A program made the position numbers and the translations under genes. 64,000 nt of DNA, from NCBI GenBank assembly GCA_002633005.1, contig NMRA01000115.1, forward strand, positions 575,247 to 639,246. Direction: 5' to 3'. The stretch comes from Phoronis australis (lineage: Eukaryota; Animalia; Phoronida). Below are positions 50,201 to 62,397 of this stretch, piece after piece. The notes beneath the pieces are model-generated. The model saw only the letters and a program-made list of their open reading frames with translations. It had not been told where the DNA came from and did not search any database. The stretch's first letter is position 1. Each line of letters starts with the position of its first letter.

Positions 50201-53200
50201 TAAAATGTGCTTCTGATCTCAACAAGTAAAATTCATTCTAGGTGTCAATTTTTTTCCAATGCAATGTTACGACATTTACTGAATTAAGGCTTATTCATGT
50301 TAATTCGATAACTGAGCTGGTGGTCCTGGGGGTGGGGTCCACGATAAAATAAGGAAACTCACTCATCTAGAGAATTTTATTGGAAACAGCATAGTTTTGA
50401 AGAGAAACTGCTGTGAAAAAGTCACTCTTGACTTCTGTGCATCACGTACCATACACCTCTTATTTTGGGAGCACTCCCACCCAGGACAATATGAATATGT
50501 GCTGCTAGCCTACCCGGCATCGGGTGAGTTTCCAAAAAGAAACACTTAGTTCCACTCAATAAAACTGTTATTCAGTGGGGTAACTGGTGGGGATAACATC
50601 ACCGAACGATGTTGATAGAAACTGATTGCTAAAAACTTACCAAGTAATGTTGTGTAGTCTCCGAATGGAACTGCATAGTCATAGAGCACACACGGGGCTT
50701 CAGCATCCACACACTTTTTGTCAGTTAGTTGACCCTGGCGACCGCAATTGTCCACGAATATAGTAACCTTAGGTCTTTTGGGAATTTGTGGCCACCTGTC
50801 GAAGACTTGCACCAGGGAAATTAGCAGTAATAAGGCTTAGCGCGACGACGTATTTTGATAAAAATTCCATCTTTTACCAGTTGTTTACATGCAGACAGCC
50901 ACGCATGCGCAATTCAATCACCACTAGTACAGCAGCGACACCGCGAGGAGAATTCTCCGAATAGCCCCAATGCTGTTATTAACAACACCTTCTACATTTC
51001 AACGTGGCATGAACCTAGTATTTTACAAAAAGGAGAACTTAAAGCGTGGGAAATTTTTAAATAATGAATTAGAATACTAAGTTTATTTATTCACACAACA
51101 AGAAAGTAAATTGTTAGGTGAAAACACTCATCAAGTGTTCTCCTAACGCAATAGGTCCATTCACCATGAAGCTGGTGATTTTTAAGACATTGAATTCCTC
51201 GTGAAAAGTTAAGTTAGGATCATTTCATCCTAAGAAATACGACAGAAAACAATAAAAAATAAATACGTTAGGTAGCGCGGGACGCTCAACAGTGGGAAAA
51301 TTAATATCTGCACCTGCCTCGAATTAGAAGCCATTGTCGTCTGTAGATGAACTAAAGCATTTGTGATCGACATGTGTACCAAGGACACGTGCATTAGTAG
51401 CTCGTTACAAGTAGACGGAATACAACCATTTGTTAAAACAGGTAATAAAACAGCCGGGGATGAGAATAAAACACAATATGTAAAAAAGAACATAAGTGGT
51501 AAGATGGACCCTAAAAATGAGTAACACAGAGGTACGAGAAGGTGCCAAAATCGAGACGAGGTGGTGGGTGGGTAAAAGATTGACGTGTGTTTGGACACGC
51601 ACGTCTGAGTAGCTGACACAAGGACAATGAACTGGAACACGTGCGGATAAAAACAAAAAAAATACCGACAGACACATAACAATCATCGGGCTGTGAGAGC
51701 CGTGAGCTTGCCAAACTCCTGGCACGTGATACCATACATTAAATAGAAGGCATGGAAACAAGCGTCATGTAGTCCTGCATAAAGGAATTATTGGACCGGC
51801 ACGAATTGAGGAATAAGGGGGGTGCAAGATGGATTCATATGCTCACATAAGTATATTCAACATTTGATGGTAGTCTTACTGAACAGCGAAAAATTAGATA
51901 TTTTTGCAAAATTAATATTTTGTTCGCTAATGTAACCATTTTTTTCTTGACACGTTGTCAGATTATTAAATTAACGTAATTTTGGGGGACCTAAGTGTTT
52001 TCAAAATTGATTTTCACGTGGCTATCAGCGCCAAAGACTTGCCAGGTTTACACAATTAGCAGAATCAACAAAGGACGAAATTCTGTTTAATCGTGTTTTC
52101 AGTTCACATTCTGTATTGAAAGAACTTACTGAAAATGAACCGATTATTACTCACCATGGTTAATGCTGATTATTATGCGCTTGCTGCATTTGTTTCATAA
52201 TGTCCGCTATGAATTATACAAACGAGTGAATTTGTTTCGTATATTTCAACACTTTTTGAGCTGCCAAAAAGGATTCAGCAATTCGAGAGCTCTACAAATT
52301 ATTCAGATTTGAAAACCATTGATTGCTGGTCACTAAAATTTCTCCCTGGTTTTAGAAATCTGGAAATTAGAATGAGTTTGAGAATTTTGTCGCTTTGTGC
52401 GAACACGGCAGTAGTGTACCCATTCTTGCCATGATTAAGTGTTTGTCAATCATTTCGTCAGTTTCTGTCAACACACTAGTCGTGTACCCGTTCTTTCCCA
52501 ATTTTTACACGAATCCTAAATCTTTTGTGTAAGATAGCCATAAAAGATAAAAAAAATCCTGTGCCCATGAAATGACATAGGTTACGCAAAAAGCATACAA
52601 ATGGAATACTGATTATACGTTGGACTTACATATAATTATCATGTTCTGGCTTGTTGCGAAGAAGTTGATATCTCAAGCCGAAAATTTGGTAATAGGCACT
52701 TATTGCTCTAACCATAGCAATTTTTCAGTGTAAAACACATTGCAAACCATATCACTGACGAAAACGAGTCAAAATATGGTCAACTGTCAAAATCCATTGC
52801 ATGCACCTACTTACCTAATAGAGGCTCTTACATCTATTAACTGTGAGTGTTGTTATAATCCACGGTTACTCATTTGGTCTTGTAGAGCAAGGTAATACGA
52901 GATATTTCAACAAAAGAGATTGCCAGTAAAAGCCAGAGCGCAAGTTTGAAAAGTTTATTATGAACATAGGCGGTACGCCGTAGCGCTACAGAAACGGCAA
53001 AAATACCGTAGCAAATAGGTAATTCCCGTATTGATCGACGTGTATGAAAACCGGTTCTCAAAATGGGGGACCTGCGAGTAACTACATTACCAAAAATATC
53101 ATCGGTCCATATGTGGGACTCGTACCAAAACCAATGAGGTGCATTTAGCGTGGTAATAGTATAAACATCCAATTTTTATTTTCTGAGATACGTATGTAGA

Positions 53201-53853
53201 ACATTGGGCATTACATTTAACATGTTGGACTTCAGTTAATTGCAGTAACTCATCCCAAGTTCAGCACACAATAAGCTAGACAAATAAAATATCATTCACT
53301 CAAATTCTCAGTGAACAAAATAAACGGCACCGAAATGATAACTGTGAAGCTATCTTACAACAATGTTTGTCAGTTTCCATAATTTGCAGCAAGGTAGGTA
53401 GCTTAAAAAGGATACATCTTCCAAAATACAAAGACAACTTCAACAATTGCGTTTGTGGGAAATGCGTGAAGAATAACTGTGTGTTGTTGTTTCTTGTTAT
53501 TCAACAAAGAAAATTATAATTATTCTGAAAATCATTACGCAATACATGCAAACAGATATAAAGGTCCTTAAATCACCCTTACGCCAAAGAAAAAACAGTC
53601 TCGCAGGAGTAATGAGTCGAGTTTAAAAGTTGGTTTCTTGAGGTTAGGCGACTTTGTATCATACATAACGTACATATGGCGCAGCAATGTAGTCCATGGA
53701 AAATCACACAATAATAGAACACATCAAACAAAAAGTTGGTTCTCAATTTGAAAGCGAACAACCTTCTCATTCAGTAAAACGACGGCCGGTTAAATAACAT
53801 GTTAACATCCAAGTATGCACATGCCGATCCGTGAACACCATCACGTGATCCGC

Positions 53854-56800
53854 CTACTTTAATTCCCGCAAGGTCTGTGTTAAAACGTCCGCGCATATTC
53901 CGTCGGAATTAATTGTCACTTCAAAGGAGACGCCCTCCAAGTTTCTATTTAACTCAGCGAGATTGCTGATTGCTGTTTTCTGCTCGTTATAGTGCACAGT
54001 GTTTTTATGGCGCTCCATCGACGACGCGTCCTCAAAGTCATTCCCACAGAATTCACACACGCATGACTGCTTCTTCAAGTGAACATGTTGGTGGTCTTTA
54101 AGGTACGACTGTCTCGAGAATGCTTTACCGCAAGTAGAGCAAAGAAACGGTCGGTCGTCGGTGTGTGATAGCATGTGATATTTCAACATGTAATAGGTTC
54201 CCCTGACCATCATTCCGCAAATCTGGCACACAACGGGGCGATTCCTCTTGGTCTTGTTGGTCCAGTGAGCCCGCTTCACGTGATCGCTGAGGTCCGCGAT
54301 TGTCGAATAGTAGACCTTGCAAAGCTTGCATTGAAATAAACCGTTAAGAATGCTCGTCCCCTCCGTCTCAACTGGCTTCTTTCTTTTCAGCCTTCTCCTT
54401 GGCGGTGGAGTGGTTGTACTATCCGTGGACTTGGTACACAGCCTACAAGCTGGTTTATGCTTCAGCCACTCATCCCTGTGCGTTGAAAACAAGTGGTTGC
54501 ACTGCCCGTTTTGGCTGGTGAAACGCTCCTTGCAAAACTTGCACGTGTACTTAAACTTACCCCATTCGCGTTTGGTAATCGTCAATCCAGCGTCCCGGTG
54601 ACCTTTCAAGTGTTCATACCTCGCACGAGAATCCGTGAATGTTTCAGAACAACGCATGCAAAACAACTGACGGCCGTCCGCAGACTCGAACTGTTTGGTA
54701 GGAGACTGCGGCTCACAATGCAGCATGTGCCGCTTCCCGTCGCTCTCATTTGCGAATCGCCTACCACAGACACACTCGAATGACCACTCCTTTACGGGTT
54801 CAACTTGGCTTCCTTGCAAGTTTTGCTCCGAGTGACTTGCTGAAGATTCAGGCTCACGCATCTCTGTACGATCGTTACGCTTCTCATAAGACCCAGGTGT
54901 ACAGCGACGCTGTATTTTCATATGTTTAGCCAAGTGGCCAGATCTTACAAACCGTCTGCCACAGACAGTGCACTGGAAAGGCCATTGGTCTCTAGGTTTG
55001 TGCTGCAGCCCGTGTAAGTTCAGATAATATTTGGTTTGAAACCTGCGGCCGCAGGTGTCGCACTGATGCGGCAGATTGCCTGTGTGAAGGCGGTAATGAA
55101 TTTCGAAGTTCCTTTTCCGGGTAAATCGCAAGCCGCACTGATCACAGCAGTACGGCTTCTCACCAGTGTGGACTGACTGGTGGTTGGCTAAGGACTGCCG
55201 ACAGGGAAACCCGCGTCCGCAGATCTTACAGGGGAACCTCCTTCTCTGTTCGTGCCGATGCAGTACATGTTGCCACAGCAAACCAACATTCTCAAACGTC
55301 TGTCCACACTGCTTACACCTAAGGTCTCCCTGGTGCAGGACCATATGCACATTAAGCTGATAATCAAAACGGAATTTTTTGGGGCACTCTGAACAGGAGA
55401 ACTTGAACGGCATATGTGTGCGCTCGTGAATTCTAAGAGAACCTATCAAATCAAAGGCCTTTGGACACTGACTACAGAAGAACCTTTTCCGTGACAACTT
55501 TTCCCTTGGGTGCTTCAATCTACGATGGCTCTCGGCATGCTTAATCTTCTCCTCATGACTGTCAAATGTCTCTGTGCAATCAAGGAACGGGCATTGATAA
55601 CGGGTCCCGGTGCTCTCCTCTTGCCGAAGATCGGCTGGTGTCGACACTTCTCGAGTGGTTCCTGAACAATCTGGTTCCGAAGACATTGCTGGTGATGGAG
55701 AGGATACTGAATGCGATGGCGGTTCCCTCAAGACCTCTGCTTCAGGTACGCCAGTATTGGGTTGAACAATGGTATTCCGTTGATTTATTGCTGTGTTTAG
55801 CTTTTCTTGGGAAGCCTGAACTAAAGAAGCATCAGAACAAGCACTAGCAGAGTGTTGTTGAGCAAGAGGAGACGTAATCGATGGTCGCGGTTGAATCTTG
55901 CGAAACTTCCGTACTGGAGATTCATGATTTTTCTGCCCCTTTTTATCTGAGGTAGTTTGGTGCAATGAACTTTGCTTTTTGGTAATGTGTGTAGGCTGGA
56001 TTGAAAGGAGTTGGCCAAGCTGTCTGTCAACAGCAGAAGTCTTTGAAGAGTGGACGGAAGAAGACTGTGAAACAACTATCGTTTCTCTCAGCTTCCTAGT
56101 AGCCAAAACTTCATTGGGAACACGCATAACAAGTAATTGTGTAGGCTTAGAATCAGTAGACAACTTGGATTGTGGTCCTTTCGGAAATGTGCCTGATACC
56201 TTGGCAAATGAAGGTGTAGCTGCAGACGCAGATCTTTGGGGTGTAACATGTGTAGGGGCATGAAGTTGTACTTGCAAATTTTGAGTAGAAGAGGGTGCCG
56301 ATTTAAGAATAACAGAGACAGGCTTTTGTTTTTCAGACAGATTGCTAGGAGATACAATCTTTTCAAGTCGAACACTAGAGATAGGTTTCTTAATGGAAGG
56401 CACAGACCGCTGATTTGAAGACACTTCTTTTTCTTCTAGTAGGTCTTTACTTGGAGTTCTCTCAGGTGATGTGAAGGATGGTGATGAAGCAAGGGCAATA
56501 CTGACTGGCACAGGTTGTGCAGATACCAGACCAAGAGATGAGTTCGTCACCGGTAAAATTCTAGCAGAAGTCTTCTTAAGGGACGCAGATGGTGGAGCAG
56601 ACAGAATAGAAACAAACTTTGACTGACCAAAAGGTTTCTCCTTCACCAAAGGATTCACAGATTTCCTCCTCTTAGGAGGTGGGGAAGATGGAACCTTAGC
56701 AGGCATAACAGGAGCATGTTTAGCCAGCACAGACTGAGGACCAGATGGTGATTCCTTTGCTTGAAGAAATCTAAGTTTCTTTTTGGCATTGTTCTGCTTG

Positions 56801-57027
56801 CTACATGCTGAGTCATCAGAAGTGTTTATGAGGTTCTGGCTCAGTTCCTGTTCACCAGACGGTGTACCTGTCAACCCTTTATTACTCTTCGTCACTTCAT
56901 CTATTGTCCTTTTACTGCCAGTTGTAATGCTTTTGACACCAGTTTGAGTACCACTTATTGAGAAATGTACCAATCTGGGTTCAAAGTTTGGATTGCTTAT
57001 CTCCTGCATAGCGGTGACCGATGGCAT
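53854..57027 (-). CDS. C2H2 zinc-finger protein, 1057 aa, ~15 fingers with a Ser/Pro/Lys-rich N-terminal half
   Basis: Multiple CxxC...HxxxH fingers including a HTGEKPY linker. The ORF stays open up to an acceptor at 57100/57099 (phase 0), so it may be a terminal exon. Confidence 0.93.
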   Translation of the reverse strand: MPSVTAMQEISNPNFEPRLVHFSISGTQTGVKSITTGSKRTIDEVTKSNKGLTGTPSGEQELSQNLINTSDDSACSKQNNAKKKLRFLQAKESPSGPQSVLAKHAPVMPAKVPSSPPPKRRKSVNPLVKEKPFGQSKFVSILSAPPSASLKKTSARILPVTNSSLGLVSAQPVPVSIALASSPSFTSPERTPSKDLLEEKEVSSNQRSVPSIKKPISSVRLEKIVSPSNLSEKQKPVSVILKSAPSSTQNLQVQLHAPTHVTPQRSASAATPSFAKVSGTFPKGPQSKLSTDSKPTQLLVMRVPNEVLATRKLRETIVVSQSSSVHSSKTSAVDRQLGQLLSIQPTHITKKQSSLHQTTSDKKGQKNHESPVRKFRKIQPRPSITSPLAQQHSASACSDASLVQASQEKLNTAINQRNTIVQPNTGVPEAEVLREPPSHSVSSPSPAMSSEPDCSGTTREVSTPADLRQEESTGTRYQCPFLDCTETFDSHEEKIKHAESHRRLKHPREKLSRKRFFCSQCPKAFDLIGSLRIHERTHMPFKFSCSECPKKFRFDYQLNVHMVLHQGDLRCKQCGQTFENVGLLWQHVLHRHEQRRRFPCKICGRGFPCRQSLANHQSVHTGEKPYCCDQCGLRFTRKRNFEIHYRLHTGNLPHQCDTCGRRFQTKYYLNLHGLQHKPRDQWPFQCTVCGRRFVRSGHLAKHMKIQRRCTPGSYEKRNDRTEMREPESSASHSEQNLQGSQVEPVKEWSFECVCGRRFANESDGKRHMLHCEPQSPTKQFESADGRQLFCMRCSETFTDSRARYEHLKGHRDAGLTITKREWGKFKYTCKFCKERFTSQNGQCNHLFSTHRDEWLKHKPACRLCTKSTDSTTTPPPRRRLKRKKPVETEGTSILNGLFQCKLCKVYYSTIADLSDHVKRAHWTNKTKRNRPVVCQICGMMVRGTYYMLKYHMLSHTDDRPFLCSTCGKAFSRQSYLKDHQHVHLKKQSCVCEFCGNDFEDASSMERHKNTVHYNEQKTAISNLAELNRNLEGVSFEVTINSDGICADVLTQTLRELK

Positions 57028-57602
57028 TTCTTCCGACTTTTTGTGTGAGTCACGTATGAGATCACTGTACCAATGCCCATCCTTTTCTGCTCTGTCCTTC
57101 TAAAACGAGAACAAATTACCAGCTTGAGGATGAAGTACATATTTGCAAAGGAGACTTTAAGAGGCTATAAATCCGCCTTCCATCACAAACCATTAGGTAA
57201 TGGGTCTGAAACTGGTCCTCAATCAAACTAGGTGTGTTTTGTGGGCTTGGAAAGGGCAGTTCGTAATCAGTTGAGACTAGGCTCTTCAAGTTGACTCATT
57301 TTATTCATTGAGCATCGTCTCTAGCAGTAATGAATTGTCACTTCTTTTCAAGATCCAAGTTTCCAATCATAATGAACAAGTTGAAAGCAATTTTACATTG
57401 GCAGCAGTTTAAATAAAATGATAGCTTCTTCGATGGAATGTGGCTTTAATGCTACTTAAAGGTAATGTGTAATATCTACAAAGCCATAGATCTTAAGTCC
57501 GTGAAAGTATAGAAGTGTAGAATTTGATTTTTGACTTTTTATCAATCTGCCATTAATTGGGTCACATGACATTGTTTTTATATTAAAATTTAATAGTATT
57601 AA

Positions 57603-58764
57603 ACGCGAAGGCAACCCTTTTTCATGTCATTTTTAGCAAAAATAGGGTTCGTTGATTATCCCAGACATATTTTTCAGTTATTCACAGCTTTTCATAATTT
57701 AATTAATTACTCATCGTCTACTCCGGAAGTGACGTTTTGGGAGGCAAGAATTTCACGCCAATTTCTTTTCATACAGTCTGACTGTGAGAGCAGTCGAGTC
57801 AGTCATTGTTCTACTTCGATTGTGATAAGTTCGGTCGTCGTTTGCATTTGTTTACGAGTCAGGCAACATGCCACGCTGTTGCTGCTTACCGAGATGTACT
57901 CATTATCGTCTAACGTACAGAGGAAGAACTGTCCCACTTGCCCGAGTGTCCCGCGACACACTCCCAGAGGATGGTGACTTGAGCACCCAAACTGCTTACA
58001 TCACGCCGTGCGACTCCCTCGTCACACACGTGGCACCTTCTAAATAGCTCCAATACAAGTCCACAATAAACTTATCAAACTTAGGCTCACCGATCTGTTC
58101 ATTGGATGACGAACTGTCCTTTTCACTGGGTATCGAACTGGGCCTGTATTCACTCCCACTACTCAATATCGCGCAGGGCTGCTTACAGGCTCTGGGCTAG
58201 AGACAACAGCACAGGGCGAATCACTGCTAGTTCCCGGAATTGCACGCTATGGGGTACGTTCGGAGGCATGGGTGACAGTAGATGAAGTGCCTCCAGTCAC
58301 TGTTTATAGTGGCCACCACGGCTGAAAATATTTGCCACTGCTTTGTACGTTGCGTGGATGGGTAGCGCTGCGTTCTTCACACGAACAAGCTAGCCAAGTA
58401 CGGCGATTTGTGTCATCCTTCGGAAAGCGATTCAAGGTACCCAAAGCGCGTGTGAGACGATAATTAGTACATCCTGGTACGCACGAACAGCGTGGCATGT
58501 TGACTGACTCGTAAACAAAAACAAATGACGATCGAACTCATCACATCCGAGGTAGAACAATGACTGACTTGACAGCTCTCACAGTCTGACTCTATGAAAA
58601 GAAAATGGCGCAAAATACTTGCCTCCCAAAACGTCACCTCCGCAGTACAGGACGAGAAATTAACTAAATTACGAAAAGCTGTAATTAAGAGAAAAATATG
58701 TCTGGGATAATCAACAGACCTTATTTTTGCTAAAAAAACATGAAAAAAATGGCTGTCTTTGCCT
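57603..58764. mobile_element. Non-autonomous Kolobok-like element with ~310-bp TIRs, TTAA flanks and a THAP relic
   Basis: 57603-~57912 is the inverted copy of ~58455-58764; TTAA at 57599-57602 and 58765-58768. Minus ORF 58304-58498 reads MPRCSCVPGCTN...RFPKDDTNRRTWL (THAP N-terminus). Confidence 0.85.
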
Positions 58765-59278
58765 TTAAGATACATCAATAGCAAAACCATGTAACAGGTG
58801 TCAACCACAGGACCAGTTTCTTCAATATTTCTGTTTAAGATGAAATATCAAAAAGCACTGTTACAATTTTAATTTTGTTTTACACCTACTTTTGAGTCTT
58901 CAAGAAAGTCCTATAAATCCCACTTTCGAATAGTCCCTTATACAAAAGTGCACAAAGCATAGCATCAGACCTTCACGCATCTCTAATATATGAGGTTACC
59001 AAGTTGCACAAATTTGGTCATTTTTCTAAGGTTTTACATAACCATAAATTCAACAAATGAGACTTCAGTAATAAGGTAAGTCAAGGGCATAGCAGAACAA
59101 TTCCAGCAATGTACAGGGTCCTTTATTTGCTACGTAACCAAATTTCAATTACCATTTATGCTTACTAATGTGTAAAAATGTAAACAATCCCAATACCGGT
59201 ATTTTGTTTTTAAACAAAAAAATTCATATGTAGGATGTGGTCTTGGACACTAACAAACTGTCATTTCTTCGCAAGATC

Positions 59279-61280
59279 AACAAGAGCAACGCAGAGCGTT
59301 GAAATGCGCCCACAATTGCACCGCATACGGTATCCTTCTAGGGTTGTTTACTGGTACCATACAGTGGCCAGTAGAGGGCATATATGTAGTATGTTGTACT
59401 TTGCAAAATGGAAAGGCATGATCCTTGTCTCCTCAATAGGCTAGGGGCAAAATGTGAGTAATCTTCATAATACAAGCACATCCTATACACCAATTGCTTA
59501 AAGCACCACAGAAACATAGAATTAAAAACAAATTTACCAACATACGAGATTAGCACAGCATTAGAAAGCCAGAAACAAATTTCTACTTGGAACTTTTCCT
59601 TCATAGTCACAAAGTAACACAAAGTACACACCTGAAGAAAATACAGAGGTCAATGTAAAATACTAAAATTGCCACTGGAGGCAAATACTAAAATTGCCAC
59701 TAGAGGAATACCGGTAGTCAGAATCATCCTAAAGTTGTCATCGTCCGTTGTCAACATCACATAAATACACTTGCTAAATTTAGTAAAGATCCTGCAAACG
59801 GTTTGGGAGATACAGCCATGGGCGCAAAAAAAAAAAAACTACCACTAGGAGGCGCCACAGTAGTCCAAATCATCTGAAAATCATTGTCAGCTGTCTTCCT
59901 TATAGTAAGCACATACACGCCAATTTTCACAATCATCCTTTGAGCGGTTTGGTTGATAGAGGGGTGGACGCAAAAATACAGACTCGAAAACAGTAAAAAT
60001 GGCCACTAGGTGGCGCAAACTACGTCGAATCCATCTGAAAACAGTAGGATAGCGTCATCTCACTAATAGGTGCCTACATACCAAATTTCATGAAAATCCG
60101 TTCAATACTTTTGAAGATACAAAGGTAAGCGTAAAAAACTAAAATTGCCACTAGGGGGCACACCGGTAGTCGGATCCGACCAAAAGTCGTCATCTTCCGT
60201 TGTTAACATCATATAAATATACTTACACAATTTGTAAAGATCCTGCGAACGGTTTAGGAGATACAGCCATAGGCGCAAAAAAACAAAACTGCCACTAGGA
60301 GGCGCCACAGTAGTCGAAATCGTCGGAAAATCATCGTCAACCATCCTCTACATAGTAAGCATATACATGCCAATTTTCACAATCATCCTTTGAGCGGTTT
60401 GGTTGATAGAGGGGTGGACGCACAAAAACAGACTCGAAAACACTAAAAATGGCCACTAGGTGGCGCAAACTATGTCGAATCCATCTGAAAACGGGAGGAT
60501 AGCGTCATCTCACTAATAGGTGCCTACATACCAAATTTCATGAAAATCCAATAAGGACTTGTGAAGATACAAAGGTAAGCGTAAAAAAATTAAAATTGCC
60601 ACTAGGGGGCACACCGGTAGTCGGATCCGTCCAAAAGTCGTCATCTTCCGTTGTTAACATCATATAAATATACTTACACAATTTCGTAAAGATCCTGCGA
60701 ACGGTTTAGGAGATACAGCCATAGGCGCAAAAAAAAAAAAACTGCCACTAGGAGGCGCCACAGTAGTCGAAATCGTCGGAAAATCATCGTCAACCGTCCT
60801 CTACATAGTAAGCACATACATGCCAATTTTCACAATCATCCTTTGAGCGGTTTGGTTGATAGAGGGGTGGAAGCACAAAAACAGACTCGAAAACAGTAAA
60901 AATGGCCACTAGGTGGCGCAAACTATGTCGAATCCATCCGAAAACGGCAGGATAGCGTCATCTCACTACTAGGTGCCTACATACCAAATTTCATGAAAAT
61001 CCGTTCAGGACTTTTGAAGATACAAAGGTAAGTGTAAAAAACTAAAATTGCCACTAGGGGGCACACCGGTAGTCGGATCTGTCCGAAAGTTCGCACATGC
61101 CGTCCCATTCATGAATGGAACATATGTGCCAAATTTCATGAACGTATGTCAAAGGCTTTTGGAGAAAGAGCAGCGGACGCCGGACGCCAGACGCCGGACG
61201 GACGCCACCCGGACGGACGGACGGACGGACAGAGATGACGGCATAATGCGTCCACATATAAATATGTGGGCGCATAAAAA
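59279..61280 (-). mobile_element. Helentron-associated non-autonomous element (HINE; DINE-1/pearl-like) with an internal tandem array
   Basis: Sub-TIR ATGCGCCCACA (59304-59314) / TGTGGGCGCAT (61265-61275); hairpins at 59287-59301 and 61246-61275; (GGAC)n microsatellite at ~61175-61230; AACAAGAG and AAAAA ends. Confidence 0.85.
59660..61090. repeat. ~451-bp higher-order tandem repeat (three ~150-bp subunits, just over 3 copies)
   Basis: Anchor GCCACTAG at 59696, 60147, 60598 and 61050; subunit B at 59841/60291/60744; subunit C at ~60002/60452/60905. Confidence 0.95.
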
Positions 61281-61645
61281 TCACTGCAACAAATTTATCC
61301 ATAATCTACATTAAGTGTGGTTAGGGCCCATGAACAGGCTCCTTCATTTGCTATGTTTCAATTGTCATTCATGTCCACCAATGTGCCAAAATGCACACTA
61401 CCCAAAAAGCAAGTGTACCTTCTGCTTTTTATCTTACTGTCAAGAAATTGGGATAATGGCCCCAATTAATGAATGAATGAGTTCAGTAAGAAATCCTTGA
61501 CAGTCAATTGGATAAATCAAAGCCCTATGCACTTTTGCATTATAGTGGTAGAGCAAGGTTTTAGAAGAAGTTTAATGACTCATAAAGAGGGGACCATTTT
61601 TTCTCCCTGCAACACACAGTAAGGACACCAACCCGTCTGGGAGGG

Positions 61646-61740
61646 TCTTTAATTGATCAAACTTCCTTGGAAATTTTGATTTTATAGGTAATCTTTAATT
61701 GATCAAACTTCCTTGGAAATTTTGATTTGTAAGGCAATCT
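61646..61740. repeat. 46-bp tandem duplication
   Basis: TCTTTAATTGATCAAACTTCCTTGGAAATTTTGATTT at 61646 and 61692. Confidence 0.9.
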
Positions 61741-61913
61741 ATCATGGAATAAACCATTGGATTTGCAGACGCTTTCTTCAGAAGCAATTAATTTAACCTT
61801 CAAATAAATGTAAATCACCATTCCTAACTCACTTTGTCTACTCAGTCAAAGAAGCAATTCGCCCTGTTTAGCTTGTGAAAAAGGGAAATCAAATCGGGCC
61901 ACTTACTCTCATA

Positions 61914-62397
61914 AGGCCCTTTCATACTAACTTGAGTCTGGTCTGAGCAGAGCATCGCCTACGGGAACTAAACCGTTCATACCGGCTTTGGTAGTGAGTA
62001 AACGGTAGGTGATGTTATTGTCATCGAAGTAATCACAAGGTAGCGCTGCACGCTAAGATTTTTTTAATGTGCCAATTTGGGAACATTTTCATGTGCTAAT
62101 TGACATAAAACTCGTTTTTTATTCGATTGGTAATTCTTTGAGCAAAACATTAAAAACTACTAGGGACAACACTTCCCTTTAATTGTCGACGATAACCATG
62201 GCACCTGGCAAGAAATTCGATTGGACCGAAGTTGAACGTTCACACTACACCGCAGCATCGAAGCTCCGCTGTTAATCCACCTGTTTACTGCGATGTTAAC
62301 AAGCGCTGTTAACTTCGATCCAGGACCGAAGCTAACGGTTCATACAGACAGCAAATCCCCAAAACTTTGACGCGTCGACGTTAGTATGAAAAGGCTT
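61914..62397. mobile_element. PIF/Harbinger-like MITE
   Basis: AGGCCCTTTCATACTAAC...GTTAGTATGAAAAGGCTT TIRs, 3-bp ATA flanks, and internal GTTCA(T/C)AC repeats. Confidence 0.75.

Noticed and set aside
59660-61090. Regularly spaced repeats as a CRISPR array
   Set aside because: Eukaryotic context, the 'spacers' themselves repeat every third unit, and there are no cas genes; it is a TE-internal satellite.
61907-61958. Apparent 52-nt minus-strand exon upstream of the ZF gene
   Set aside because: Mostly overlaps a MITE TIR, and its phase does not join the 57099 exon in frame; at most a UTR exon.
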